A DNA stretch of 63,981 nt, filler included, from Octopus bimaculoides (GCF_001194135.2; 12 parts of 11 records of this genome joined end to end with filler, not necessarily neighbours in it); one strand, 5' to 3'; shown: positions 1 to 13,628, counted from the first letter of the whole stretch. The notes: a model not told the origin generated them from the sequence alone. Numbers and translations: made by a program.

Positions 1-1
1 C

Positions 2-1316
2 CTTAAGTCGAAATTAAATGGATGGAATAAGATCGAAGCTATCAACACCTAGGCGGTTTCATTCCTTAGATATTGTGCAGGGGTCCTCGCATGAACAGTA
101 GACGAACTAAACAGCTTAGACAGAAATACAAGGAAGTTGTTAACTAGATATGGGTCACTCCACCCAAAAAGTGACACAGACAGACTGTATGTACCAAGAA
201 AAAGAAGGGGAACAGCACTTATTGGATGCGAACACAGCGTTAGAGCAGAAGAAAACAACGTAGCATGGTATGTAAAAAATGCCACAGAACCGCTATTATT
301 AGAAGTAGGAAGGTGAGGCTTGGGTAGGATGAAAGATTGCAAAGATAGAGCACTATACAAGAAATTGAAAACGAATGAAACTGAAAATAGGTGGGAAAAG
401 AAAAGAATGCAAGGTCAATTTTATAGGGATGTTGGAGATAAGACAGACAGAGAAAAAAGATGGTTGTGGATGACTAAAAGTGATTTAAAATCGGAAACGG
501 AGGCTCTAATCTGTGCTGCCAAAGAGCAAGCATTAAGAACAAACTACATAAAATACAGAATAGACAACACAGCAGAAAGTGATAAGTGCAGAATCTGTGG
601 ACAAAACGGTGAAACCGTATGGCATATTACCAGCCAATGTACGCCACTAGCCCAGAAGGAGTATAAGAGACGCCACGACAATATAGCCAGGTTTGTCCAT
701 TGGACACTTTGCAACAAGTTGAAGGACTTGACAGAGCAAAAAATTGGTACGACCACAAACCTGAAGGCATCGTCGAAAATAGAAATGCAAAGATCCTATG
801 GGATTTTATGATTCAGTGCGACCATGAGATAAAGTATAGGAAGCCAGATATAGCCTTAATTGAGAAAGAGAGCAAACTATGCTGGATCATAGATATAGCA
901 TGTCCAGCTGGCGACAAGGAAGAAAGAAAAGTCGAGAGATATGACAGGTTAGCTTGGGAAGTTAAGCAGTTGTGGTCGATGAAAAAGATAGCGGTAGTAC
1001 CAATAATTGTCGGAGCCCTGAGAACAGTGAGCAAAAATTTTGAGAAGTACGTGGAACAAATAGGGGCTGCAATAAGGGCGGAGCACTTGCAGAAAACAGC
1101 ACTGCTTGGAACTGCTCGAATACTCCGGGAGGTTGCTCGAAAAATAAGAGGTGTTACCTTAGTTCAGTGGTAGTGAACAGCTGACACTGTAGTACATCTC
1201 CAGCGTTNNNNNNNNNNCGGGAGGTTGCTCGAAAAATAAGAGGTGTTACCTTAGTTCAGTGGTAGTGAACAGCTGACACTGTAGTACATCTCCAGCGTTA
1301 GAAGCTGTGCAGAGGC
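2..1316 (+). mobile_element. Decayed R4/Dong-like RLE non-LTR retrotransposon, 3' part (post-RT region, CCHC knuckle, PD-(D/E)xK endonuclease, 3' UTR)
   Basis: Translation across stops and a frameshift gives LHPKSDTDRLYVPRK, CRICGQNGETVWHITSQC..RRHDN, then KPDIALIEKESKLCWIIDIACP. The element ends ...AGAGGC directly before an (AAC/AAT/GAT)n tract. 1126-1207 is duplicated across the 10-N gap. Confidence 0.88.
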
Positions 1317-1413
1317 AATGATAACAACAACAACAACAACAACAACAATAATAATAATAATAATAATGATAATGATGATGATGATGATGATGATGATTAT
1401 GATGATAATAATA

Positions 1414-1562
1414 GCAAGCAGATGGGAACAGAAAACTCTGCATGGCAAGTATGTGGCTCGTAGCAAACAAGCTGATGTCGACCAGAAACACACGCATCAA
1501 TAGTTACGAAACTCAGGGCTAAAAGCAGAGAGTGAAGGTTTCATACTGGCTGCTCAAGACCA
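1414..1562 (+). mobile_element. 5'-truncated fragment of a second, divergent R4/Dong-like family
   Basis: RWEQKTLHGKY..DVDQKHTHQ*LRNSGLKAESEGFILAAQD aligns with RWEKKRMQGQFY..DREKRWLWMTKSDLKSETEALICAAKEQ of the upstream element. It starts right after the microsatellite. Confidence 0.8.
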
Positions 1563-1606
1563 NNNNNNNNNNNNNNNNNNNNNNNNNNNNNNNNNNNNNN
1601 NNNNNN

Positions 1607-1618
1607 TTAATTAATTAA
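1607..1618. other. Artificial scaffold linker TTAATTAATTAA inside N runs
   Basis: The same 12-mer sits between N runs at about 1607, 8524, 10416, 24629, 26164, 29518, 43410, 53494, 56974, 58208 and 62902. It places stops in all six frames. Confidence 0.92.
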
Positions 1619-1662
1619 NNNNNNNNNNNNNNNNNNNNNNNNNNNNNNNNNNNNNNNNNNNN

Positions 1663-1695
<33 letters not shown>

Positions 1696-1696
1696 T

Positions 1697-2080
1697 GGTG
1701 CAGGCATTGCTGGGTGGTAAGAAGCTTGCTTCCCAACCATGTGGTTCTAGGTTCAGTCCCACTGTGTGACACCTTGGACAAGTATCTTCAACTACAGCCT
1801 CAGGTGAGTGGGTTTGGTAGACAGAAACTGAAAGAAGTCTATCATACACACATGTGTGTATGTGTGTGCTGGTATCTGTGTTTGTCCTCCACACCACTAC
1901 TGCTGGACAACTGGTGTTGGTGTGTTTACATCCCTGTAGCTTTAGAGCCACAGCAATTGGATCGATAGAATAAGTGCCATACTTGAAAAATAAGTACAGG
2001 GGGTTGATTCATCTGACTATGAAAATTTTCAAGGCAGTGCCCCAGCATGGCCACAATCTAGTGACAGAAACAAGTAAAAC
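1697..2080 (+). mobile_element. tRNA-headed SINE family A (CORE-like centre, internal CA/TG microsatellite), CpG-decayed copy
   Basis: Degenerate B-box GGTTCAGTCCC, then ACCTTGGACAAGT resembling the CORE motif. The family recurs at about 5430-5802(-), 8905-9165(-), 22870-23230, 30030-30440, 34770-34930, 43500-43700, 54290-54420(-), 55515-55895(-) and 57950-58140(-). Confidence 0.8.
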
Positions 2081-2849
2081 GAAGTTTGTGTGTGTGTGTG
2101 CGTGTATACACACACACACAAACACATACACGTATATATACATATGCCTATGTTTCAGTCAGCGGTGACGGTGGTGGTGGCGGTGGCGGTAGCAGTGGTG
2201 GCGGTAGCAGTGGTGNNNNNNNNNNNNNNNNNNNNNNNNNNNNNNNNNNNNNNNNNNNNNNNNNNNNNNNNNNNNNNNNNNNNNNNNNNNNNNNNNNNNN
2301 NNNNNNNNNNNNNNNNNNNNNNNNNNNNNNNNNNNNNNNNNNNNNNNNNNNNNNNNNNNNNNNNNNNNNNNNNNGGTGGTGGTGGTGGTGGTGGTGGTGG
2401 GGTTGGAGATGTTGGTGGCACTGGTGGTGGCAGTGGTGACAGCGGTGGTGGCGGTTGCAGCGGTAGTGGTGCTGATAATACTGGTGGCAGCAGCAACAGC
2501 AGCAGCAGTGGTGGTGGTTGTAGTGGTGGTGATGGTGGTGGGGAGGCAGTGGTGGTGGTGGATGGGAGGGTGCTGCTGCTGCTGCTGCTAGAATTGATAG
2601 TGATGATAGGAAAAAAAAACTTAAAATGATGTAGGAACAGAGCAAGCTATTTTTTTTTACCACATCGCCGTGTCTATATATTTGCTTCGGAATTACCATT
2701 CACATAATAATAAACAGTAAATAGATAGATCGCAGCAATACATCTAATGCCAAGTGCATTGCAAAACTAAAACAAAAATAAAATAAGCAATGAGGGATAA
2801 AAAAAACACCGAAAAGAAAGCAAAAAATTTATTACTCGATGTCTAATGA

Positions 2850-3070
2850 TATTTTTCATTCTCAGGTAAAGTAAGAGTGACAATTCTGGGCATGTTTCTG
2901 CTTCATTGAGTTTTATCAGCAAAGAAATACACAAATATGTAAATTCACTTACAGATTCGTTCACTTCTATTTTAACAAATTACAGTGATGCTACATTGCT
3001 GATGATGTTCAATGAAGCAGAATCATGTCTAGAGTTATCTTTCTTACTTGCCAAAAACGAAAATGAAAAA
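2850..3070. repeat. Old imperfect inverted repeat (MITE/foldback-like)
   Basis: GTAAGAGTGACAATTCTGGGCATGTTTCTGCTTCATTGAG (about 2872-2911) is the imperfect reverse complement of TTCAATGAAGCAGAATCATGTCTAGAGTTATCTTTCTTAC (about 3008-3047). Confidence 0.65.
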
Positions 3071-3385
3071 AAAATGGCAAAATGGTAGTTTGTGATATTG
3101 ATATTTTTATTTTTTTGTTTTGTTTTGTTTTTGCTCTTTTTTTCATCGAATATTTTATTTCGGTTCTTTGTTTGAATGGCCTCCTGTGTTTTAAATATGC
3201 TGGCATCCAATTTAGGTGTTTCTTCTGAATGGTAAGTTTTCTAGGGTTTGGTTGTTACCATTGATTGTAGTTACAGTCAGACATATCTGCCAGTGGAAAA
3301 TACACGTAAATACATGCAAACATACAAACGTACATAGATAAACACATTCACACACATACATACATACATACATACACACACATGC

Positions 3386-3426
<41 letters not shown>

Positions 3427-3428
<2 letters not shown>

Positions 3429-4252
3429 GGGTGTGATAGATAAACTGTCATCTAAATTATGCAAAAATGAAAATAACACTGATATCTCATTTTAACAGAT
3501 ATATTTACCAAAATTACATAAAAATACCATGAAATACTTCAACCATGGCCTCCAGAAGACTTCAGAATCTCCTGCAACTATTCTGGACAGTCTTCTTGTT
3601 GGTGAATACTGCCATAATCCTTGACTTCAGTTCATCTTTGGTGTTACAAGGAGTTTTGTTGGTCTCTCATTCAACTGTGCCCCACACATAATAATCAGGG
3701 GGGTTGCAGTCTGGGGAGTCTGGTGGCCAGATGTTAGGGGTGGTGTGGTTGCAGAAATTGTCTGACAGCCATGACTGAGTTCTCCTGCTTGTGTGGCATG
3801 GTGCAGTCTTGCTAGACATAAGGTCTTCCAGCAGCCACCCTCTTAATCCAAGGCAGCACTACCTCTTTCAGGCACTTGATGTAGGCTTCCATGTTGAGTG
3901 TGAGGCCATGTCAAATGATGAATGGAGGTATAATGTTGCTATCACTAGTGATCACTCCAAACCCCATGATGTTGACTGGATGTTTGATTTTTATCATTCT
4001 TGGTACTTGTCCACAGATTGACTCCCAAACACTCTGAAATGTTGGTATTGGAGCTTCTGGCACAAATGCCAAGCAGTACAACATGTCGTTTCCAAATTTC
4101 TGTCAGAATGAATTGCGTCATGGTGCTGTTTTTTCTCACAGATGGTGCCCAACTAACCCTACTAGACTGTATAATTGACACAATCAAAAACAAACAATGT
4201 GCACATGCAAAATTAAAATATAAAATGGCAACAATTTACCCACCACATCCTG
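3427..4252 (-). mobile_element. Internally deleted Tc1/mariner element, maT-like (DD37D-type spacing)
   Basis: Minus strand reads EVVLPWIKRVAAGRPYV*QD..APCHTSRRTQSWLSDNFCNHTTPNIWPPDSPDCNPPDYYVWG. The reconstructed second-to-third D spacing is 37. Imperfect TIRs TAGGGTGTGATAGATAAACTG and CAATTTACCCACCACATCCTG lie in TA-rich flanks. Confidence 0.85.
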
Positions 4253-4288
4253 CATATATGTATGCATATATATGCATAAATATATACA

Positions 4289-4353
<65 letters not shown>

Positions 4354-4410
4354 ATAGAAAGGACAACAAAAGAAAGAAAGAGACCTCAATATTATGTAAA
4401 TAGAGGAATT

Positions 4411-4540
4411 TATCTGTAAAATATGTGGCACTTATTCGGTAGCCATGATAAAACTCCGAGTTTCAGATGCTGGGGTGGGAACCCACGCCAACATCTCTTC
4501 AGTTATCTGGCCGGATAAGTGTCACATATTTTTACAGATA
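4411..4540. mobile_element. Short MITE with ~29 bp TIRs, TA-flanked
   Basis: Left end TATCTGTAAAATATGTGGCACTTATTCGG; right end reverse-complements to TATCTGTAAAAATATGTGACACTTATCCGG. Confidence 0.85.
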
Positions 4541-4819
4541 TATATATATATTAGGGGTGAAGGGTCTATGTATGCAATGCATGTACTGTATGCCTAACCA
4601 TTTTTCCACGATAACTAATTTTGGGGTTATACACAATTGATTACTGATAATTTTCACTAGATTCATTGTAGTCATATTCACCTTTATTTCGCATTCCTTC
4701 AGTTCTTAGTATAAATTGTAAACAATCGATAGTGTTTAACAAATATAAGTAGTGAAAGCTCCGGTTTGGTTTGCGAGAAAAGATGTGAATTAATTGCTTT
4801 CCTGTTCTTTTGAGGAGGG

Positions 4820-5195
4820 AGCGTCAACAAGAAAGACAAAACAAATGAGTGAGTGGTCAACAGAGAAAAAGGTGAATGTTTCTGCTTGCTTTCAGTCGTA
4901 GTCGGTAAGAGCAACGGTATTAGTCTCTTCATCTTCTATTATTCTCTTCTGGAATGGAGCAACAAAAAGAGAGAAAATAAATGGGTGAGTGGTCAACAGA
5001 AAGAAACACAAAGGAAAACAAATTTTTTACTGCTTGCTTTCAGTCATAAAAATAAGAGCAGTGGTGTTATTTTCTTTGTATTCTATTATTTTAGAGAAGG
5101 GTGCATCAAAAAGAGGGAAAAAACAAAAAAAAAATGAGTGGTCAAGAAAGAGAAAGACAAAGAAAGCAGATATTTTACTGCTTGCCTTCCAGCTG
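4820..5195. repeat. Degenerate ~140 bp tandem repeat, about 3 units
   Basis: GAGTGGTCAA...ACTGCTTGC(T/C)TT motifs recur near 4850, 4987 and 5136. Confidence 0.7.
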
Positions 5196-6979
5196 TGTTA
5201 AGCCAGCAGACACCTTGTCAACTATTTTTCTCTTGAAGTGCTGATGCTTTTACTGTCCTATGTAGCAGAGATCAAAAACTTGCCTGTTCAGCGGACTTTC
5301 CTGAGGCTTTCCTCATAGTCGGACAGATTTAGACAAGAAATGCATGTTTAGACAATTTACAAGTTTGTTTAATTGCTTTCTGATGTATTTCATATGATTA
5401 TTCAGTACTGAAGAATACACATGTTATCTTTTATCTGCTGCTTGTTTCAATCAGTAGATTGTGGCTATGCTGAGGCACGACCTTAAATAATTTTTAGTCT
5501 AATGAATCTACCCCAGTACTTTTTTTAAAGCCTGGTGCTTATTCTTTTGGTCTCTCATGCCAAACTGCTAAGTTATGGGAACATAAACACACCAACACCA
5601 GTTGTCAAGTGTTGGTGAAGGACAAAAACACAAACACAAAGACACATACTCACACACATATATGCGATGGGTTTTTCTCAGTTTCCCTCTATCAAGCTCA
5701 CTAAGAAGGTTTTAGTCAGGCCAAGGCTATAGTAGAAGACACTAGTAGAAGAGTGGACATGGAACCATGTGGTTGGGAAGCAAACTTTTTACCACACACC
5801 CACGCTAGCTTTCTAAAGAGATTTAACCAATGAAGTGAGTCTTTTTGATCCCTTCTTAAGACCTGAATTCAGTTATGTGGCCCCAGAGTTTTCTTGACTA
5901 TTTCAAACATAGAACGAAAAGAAGAAACCAACAATTTGTNNNNNNNNNNNNNNNNNNNNNNNNGGGGGGGGGGGGTGCGTGTGTGTGTGTGTGTGTGAAA
6001 TTAAAAAGTCATTCTTGCCAATGCTTTAAAACTTAATTTTAAATATTCAAAGTTATTTAAGAAAGGTTATGTAAAAAAGTAAAGCTTTGATTCATTTAAA
6101 AAGATTACAACCCAGTAGAATTTCTCATGCTTTCAATCACCCCCAGGATGGCAAAAGGGTCAATTAGTTCAGTTTTCTCTCTATACTTTCCCCCAACTTT
6201 GAAACAGATAAGAAGAATGTCATCATTCTCAGAAAAGAGAAACCAAAGCTTAAGCTGAAAATCAAAACCGAAGCCAGCAGCAAGGAATGTCATTGTTATT
6301 TTGATTGAAAGTATTATGAAGTGTCTGAGCGAATGATGGGATAACCCATTCTAAACAAATTTTCTGTCTCCCATGTCTGTTAGTTTGTCAATATAAGAAC
6401 ACATTTTCTCAACTTTGAAGTGATATTGAAAATGAATATCACTTTCAAGTGATATTCAAAACAAAATCATTTAATTGTATAGCTGTTACAAGGGAAGGTG
6501 TAATTCAGCCAATGATCGAATAAAAACAGCATTTGTCGCTGTTATGTTTGGTGAGACAACAGACCTTCAAATGAAATTTTAACAAGGTGAATTTTATATG
6601 AAGCAACACATATTACAGGTGCAGGAGATCTTCATCAGAAATTCAACATTTAAGCTGATTTTTACACCTCAACGCATAATATTGTTGCCATGTTGCCGCA
6701 GTATGTTTCTTCGTCTATGGTGCTGGGTTAAATATGAAGCTGTGAGAACAGCTATGAATTGAGAGCAAAATTCACCAAAGACCAAATTCACTCTGCCCTT
6801 TTTGCACTCAAATGAGCTGCATTTGTAGGCTCAGTTCATAGAAAGTTCTAGTCATATCACCAGACTATCATATGAACAACAGCCATTGATTGGACTGAAA
6901 TGGGGTTTGCATGCATGATCAACTCACAATTTCTATATGGCTAGATGTGGGGGTGAATCCAACTGTTATAGATCTTTTT

Positions 6980-7320
6980 CTTTTTTATGGGAATGATGAC
7001 AGGAGACAAAAAAAATGAATCTATAATAACATAAAGCACAAACAATTGTAGGAGAAGCAAGGCAAACTGCCAAAAACAACCTCCAAAGCAGGACATCACT
7101 GAAAGAAGGTTATGCTTTCAATTTAGTGGGATTGGGAAGATGCTGTCTTTTGTGAGCTTCTTCCTATGTACAGGACTGTCAATTCGGATGTGTGCTGTGG
7201 CCAGCCTGATAAATTAAAAGCAGTGATCCCCCAGAAACATCCAGGACTTGCTATTCATAAGGGCATCATGACAATGGCAGACTGCACATTTCTTGCAGAC
7301 ATAGCAGAAGTTACAAGGGC
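6980..7320 (+). mobile_element. Mariner transposase remnant (catalytic domain)
   Basis: Reads MMTGDK..., KVMLSI*WDWEDAVFCELLPMYRTVNSDVCCGQPDKLKAVIPQKHPGL..HDN, matching mariner TGDEKW / KVMLSVWWD / HDNARPH motifs. Confidence 0.82.
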
Positions 7321-7561
7321 CTGGCTGGGAAGTCTTGCCACACTCTCCATATTTGCCTGAGCTTATGTCTCTAAATTTCCACCTGTTTCAGTGTCTACAA
7401 AATTCATTGAATGGACAGAAACTTCCACTCTAAAGAGGAGAATAGCAGAAATGAATGGGTGAGAGGGGGAAGGATAGAGGTGTAAATGTATGGCATATGC
7501 TATAACATACGATGTGTACATTTGCTCAGATGAATAGATGAGGGGAATAGGAGAGAGAGAG

Positions 7562-7655
<94 letters not shown>

Positions 7656-10471
7656 AAGAGACAGCAAAAACATCAGAAGGACCCATATGTAGGAGATGGT
7701 AGGTTCCATTCCATGACTGGGTGGCATGTTGTGTCCTTGAGTAAGGCACTTCCTTTCATGTTGCTATTATCTCATCAGCTGAAAGTGAGCAACAGCTGAG
7801 ACCTGGTGAGGACCTCTTTCATTCAATTGTTATACCCTCGATGTCTCACTGGGCTCAGAGTGAGAAGGCCAAGATAAGACAGTATCTATGTCTGCCCATA
7901 ATCCACACAGGAATCTAAAATAATTATTGAAAGCTTTCCACATGGTCTCTTGCATCGTTAGACCATCCACACAACCCTCGATTCAAAGAAAGTTATTACA
8001 AAACCAAATTAGATGTATTTGTTATAGTTTAATCTCAGGCCAACTCTAATTCTACAGACCTTTGATCAAAGATCATTCCATCATCTGAAGAGCATCATGG
8101 ATGACTGTAGCTTTCCTCATACTGGTCTCCAGGCTTAGTCAATGGGCTGTGGCCATGCGGGGGGAGGGGGGCAAAAAAATTCCACTGTGTAGTTTATTGC
8201 ACCAACTTCAGTAATTATTGGAAGAACAAAAGACAAAGTGGATCTTCGTAGGGGGAAGGGATATGGTGGCAGTGGCACTAGTGGTTGAGGTGGTAGTGCT
8301 GATGATGGTGGTGGCAGCGGTGGTGGTAGTGCTGGTGGTGCTGATGATGATGGTAGCAGTAGTGGTGGTGGTGATGGTGGTGGTGGTGGTTAGTTGTCAT
8401 CCTCACTGTTATGGTCAACATTGCTGTCATCATTGCCATGGTGATGGTGGTGGTGGTGGTTAGTTGTCATCCTCACTGTNNNNNNNNNNNNNNNNNNNNN
8501 NNNNNNNNNNNNNNNNNNNNNNNTTAATTAATTAANNNNNNNNNNNNNNNNNNNNNNNNNNNNNNNNNNNNNNNNNNNNACCACGTAACCAATCATAACT
8601 CGTGTTCGTATTTTCAGAATTATTTTGTGAATTTGTGTTCTACACACTGACCTTGTACAACTGCAAAAACATATTTTATTAAAATTTTCCCATTCCTCCT
8701 CCCACCCAATAATCCTTATGGATACTCAAATTAATCNNNNNNNNNNGACCTTGTACAACTGCAAAAACATATTTTATTAAAATTTTCCCATTCCTCCTCC
8801 CACCCAATAATCCTTATGGATACTCAAATTAATCACACACGTATTGGGGACCATGAAGTAACTGATGAGATTTATCCACAGGGATTCAAAACAAGGCACA
8901 TTCTTTTACTTATTTCAGTTGTTTGATTGCGGCCATGCTGGAGCACCGCCTTTAGCCGAATAAAGTGGTCCCAAAACTTATTCTTTTTAAGCCTCGTACT
9001 TATTCTATCAGTGTCTTTTGCTGAACCGCTAGTTGTGGTGACAGAAACATCGGTTGTGAAGTGATGGCTGGTGGGAGGTAGGGGGGGGGGGACACAGACA
9101 CAAATATATACACGACTCGCTTTTTCTCTCAGTTTCCGTCTACCAAATCCATCCACAAAGTCTTTGCAGGAAAACGAATACGAAAAAAAAAAAAAAAGCG
9201 CGCTGACGACCCTGGTGGTGGGACTTTCGGAAAATTCACAAGATCCTATTTTTCCGTCATAACTTCCGGTAAAATGGATATATATGATATGATCCAAAAT
9301 ACGTGTGTTATGTACAAAGTTTTCATTCCTGCTTTTACACAAAGAGGAGAAGCAACATATAAATCTTGTATTAACAGTATGTAAGAGTGTGTGTGCGCGA
9401 TAATAAGATATCTTCATATACAAACCCATAGATTTTATGTTGATGTAGACACATATATGTTTTTCACTAAGATGCAAGTCGCAAATATAGAAGATGATGA
9501 TTCGTTGTGCAGCTGCAAAGAAGTGAAGCTTTTAACCAGCCGTGGTTTGTGTGTAGTTCAGAACGAGGCGAGACTATCAAAACGTGACTAGCGGAATCAA
9601 AACGAAGCTAGCTACATCACCGATGGATTCGTCTGCTATGTAGAATAACCGAAGTGGCTCTGGTCCGGTTATGACTATGGCTACGCCACGATCGTATGGG
9701 AATTAAGACAGCATCGTTACTTCAGGAGAATTTCTTCTTTACTTAACTTTCTTCCCTTTGTCTTTGAACACATCCAAACAAACAATAGAATAACTTAGCT
9801 AGTCTTAACAATAAACTCTCACTCTCTGCTTTCAACATAAGTCTTTAAATACATCTTGCTTTCCTCTGTCTATATTTTATCTTCTAAAAGAGGTAAATGT
9901 GAGATTTCATGGTCCCTATTTTTGTCCACGTCACTAAAAATGGTGTCGGAACATCTATGTCCCTCACAATAAGTATGTTGCGTGTTTCAGTGATCTTCCC
10001 CGTTTTTAGAATAATTTTCGAGTTTGAAAATGAAAATAAATCAACCGTTAACATCAATATTAAATTAAATGACGAAATTCCGATGTCATTTCTATATGGA
10101 AACCTTTCTATGTCACGTGGCGAAGATATTTACTTTCAATTATATTTTCATTTTTGTTTTCAATAAAACCTGTTGTTTTTTTTAGGATAACGTTGTAATA
10201 TGTTCTAAACGTTATACTTCAGCGATTAAAAAAAGAGTGATGTGTAATAATGGCAGAAACGTTAGCACACCGGGCGAAATTCTTAGCGGTATTTCTCGTT
10301 TGTCTTTAATGTTCTCAGTTCAAATTCCGCCGAAGTCGTCTTAACCGTTCGGGGTCGATAAATTAAGTACCNNNNNNNNNNNNNNNNNNNNNNNNNNNNN
10401 NNNNNNNNNNNNNNNTTAATTAATTAANNNNNNNNNNNNNNNNNNNNNNNNNNNNNNNNNNNNNNNNNNNN

Positions 10472-10522
<51 letters not shown>

Positions 10523-10915
10523 CACAATAGGAAGCACATATATATAATCAACTATTAAGGACTTTCATTACATCTGTACCTTATATGCTCCTACCAGCTT
10601 TCGTTTTCTTTCCATTTCTCCCCTACATACAGTCTCTCTCTGTAACCCCTCTGACTTTTCTCCTGTCTCTCAATGCATTGCTTTACCTTCTCCTCCCACT
10701 TAGCTTTGTTTCTTTTCATCTTTTTTTTTTACTTTAATAGGTGTTTCTTCCGGTATGAAGTAATGTCTGTCTTTTGATATCTCTTCACAGCAAAATTATT
10801 CTCTCTCCTCTCGAAATATTTCAATGTTCTTTCTTATACTTTACCTCTTTCTGTTCTTTTTCTCTAGATCCTCCCAAGGTTTTCTTTCCTACTCTTACTT
10901 TTCTCTATTTCTGTC

Positions 10916-10970
<55 letters not shown>

Positions 10971-11004
10971 GTCTGTCTGTCTATCTATCTATCTACCTAC
11001 TTAC

Positions 11005-11048
<44 letters not shown>

Positions 11049-11055
11049 ATGTATG

Positions 11056-11100
<45 letters not shown>

Positions 11101-11639
11101 TTCTCCTTCTAATCCTTTCTCTTTAATGTCTCTTTCTCTCTCATTTATCTCCCCTTTGTTTCTTTCAGTTTCCACTCAGCCATTCTCACCTTGTTTTGTT
11201 GCACCTCAAACCTTAACTTCCAATGCGCGAAAACGAAATAGAAAAATAAAATTAAATAAAAAGTATAAAATATTTAAAAAAAACGAAGGAAAGAAGAAAA
11301 AAAGATAGACAATTGCCATACCATGTCAAAATATACTTTGAAAAATCTCCTCACGCGAGCAAACATTGCAGAAATATATTTGTCAGTAGATTCATTTACA
11401 TTTTTGAAAAGGAAAGCAAATATAATCACACAGCTACGGCAACAACAGCAACAACAATAATAGCTATAACACTAACACAAAATAAAATCAAAGCAATCAC
11501 AAAAAGCAACAACAAAAACATATAGTAAAAACAACTACATTAACATCAACAATAACAACATGCCTTCAAAAACAACAAAACAAAAAAGCATAGACATGTA
11601 TGAGAAAAAAGTATAAGAAAGTGCTTAATGTTGAATCTT

Positions 11640-11659
11640 ACGAAATAATAAAAATAATG

Positions 11660-11729
<70 letters not shown>

Positions 11730-11734
11730 TAACG

Positions 11735-11802
<68 letters not shown>

Positions 11803-11804
11803 CA

Positions 11805-11839
<35 letters not shown>

Positions 11840-12258
11840 ATAATAATAATAATAATAAGAATAATAATAATAATAATAATAATATCAGTTCTGGTAGAAT
11901 TAGGCGTAAGTGTAGCAGTAGCAGCAACAGTGATAGCTAAGAAGTAGAATTGAAAAAAAAGACATACTTCGCTGGTGAGTTTTATCCATAAAAGCTTAGA
12001 CGATATAGCACGCACTGAGTAACTTGCAGATTGATAAAAATCAACCCTGAGGGCCCCATGGGTTTTTTTTTTCGTCTTCTATCGTTTCTCAATAGAGAAA
12101 TTTTCTACGTCCACAATTTTTCTTACTCTCACAGATATTAGATCTAATTTCCGGCGTAAACCTCCATAAGGACCAGTAAAAACTGAAAAAGTCAAGGACG
12201 CTGTAAAAGAAGATTATTAACAAACTAAATCGCAAAAACAAATGATTTCTATATGTTT

Positions 12259-12304
<46 letters not shown>

Positions 12305-12340
12305 CATTATTATTATCATCATCATCACCATCATCATCAC

Positions 12341-12378
<38 letters not shown>

Positions 12379-12531
12379 ACATCCTCATCATCATCATCGT
12401 CATCATCGTCGTCGTCGTCATCGTCTCGTCGTCATCATCATCATCATCATTAATATCGGCATCATCATCACAATTATTACCAGCAGCATCAACTGATATT
12501 GTTGTTGATATTGCTGTTATTATAATCATCA

Positions 12532-12583
<52 letters not shown>

Positions 12584-12826
12584 CATTATTATTATTATTG
12601 AATACTCTTTTCATCATTTACTTTCATTATTTTTTTATTCTCCATCCACTTGTTGTTTTTGTTGCTGTTGTAGCTGTTGTCCTTTTTTGATCCGCTTCCT
12701 TTTCTTCTTCTTCTTCTTCTTCTTCTTCTTCTTCTTCTTCTTCTTCTTCTTCTTCCTCTCCTACTTCTATTTCTTTTCCCCCATTTGACTTTTCCTCATT
12801 TATCGTTTCATTTTTCCCCTCTCTCC

Positions 12827-12884
<58 letters not shown>

Positions 12885-13578
12885 GCCTCTTTCGTTTAAT
12901 TCTTCTCTGACTCCCTATTAACACCAGTTTATTTTACACTACCACTGACTGACTATCAGCAAAAATAAAAGCAGGCGCTAAACAGTAGAAATAATTATTG
13001 CCATCCACATGGGAAAGTACTGTTTAAATAATGTATCCAGTAGCAAACGTCTTAAAATAAAACAGGAAAGACGGCTAAATAAGATGAACGCAGCGAAGAA
13101 AATATGGCAGCTATTTTTTTCCTCCATTTTGTTTCCCTCGTTTGTTTGTTTGGTTGTTGATTTATGTTGTTCTTATTCTTGTTTGTTTTTGTAATAAACG
13201 AATGGGAAATATTATCAAGGCGTTTATTGCTAACTCCAGCTGAGCACAGAAATTATTTTCACTTGTCTTTTCGTTTTGCTTTGCTTTACATTGGAAATAT
13301 TTTTTTCATCTTCTCTTCAATCACTGATACATTATAAGTCACGTGACACAAATTTTCTATAACAACACCAACACAGTAATAGAACGGCGCCATCTTTTTA
13401 TTTGCGTTTTATTTATTTATATATCTTCTTTTTTTCTCTATTTGCTACTTTCATCTACTTTCAATTCTTCTCTTCGTTTCTGTACTTCATCTTTCACTCT
13501 CAGTGTTGCAGCTTCGATTTTTCTTGTTCTGAAACATCTATCTATCTTTGCATCATCATCATTCTCATCATCGTTATT

Positions 13579-13628
<50 letters not shown>

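Noticed and set aside
1126-1298. Tandem duplications across 10-N gaps (also about 8657-8835, 30160-30300, 41477-41700, 54165)
   Set aside because: Exact duplicates on either side of a fixed 10-N gap indicate unmerged contig overlaps.
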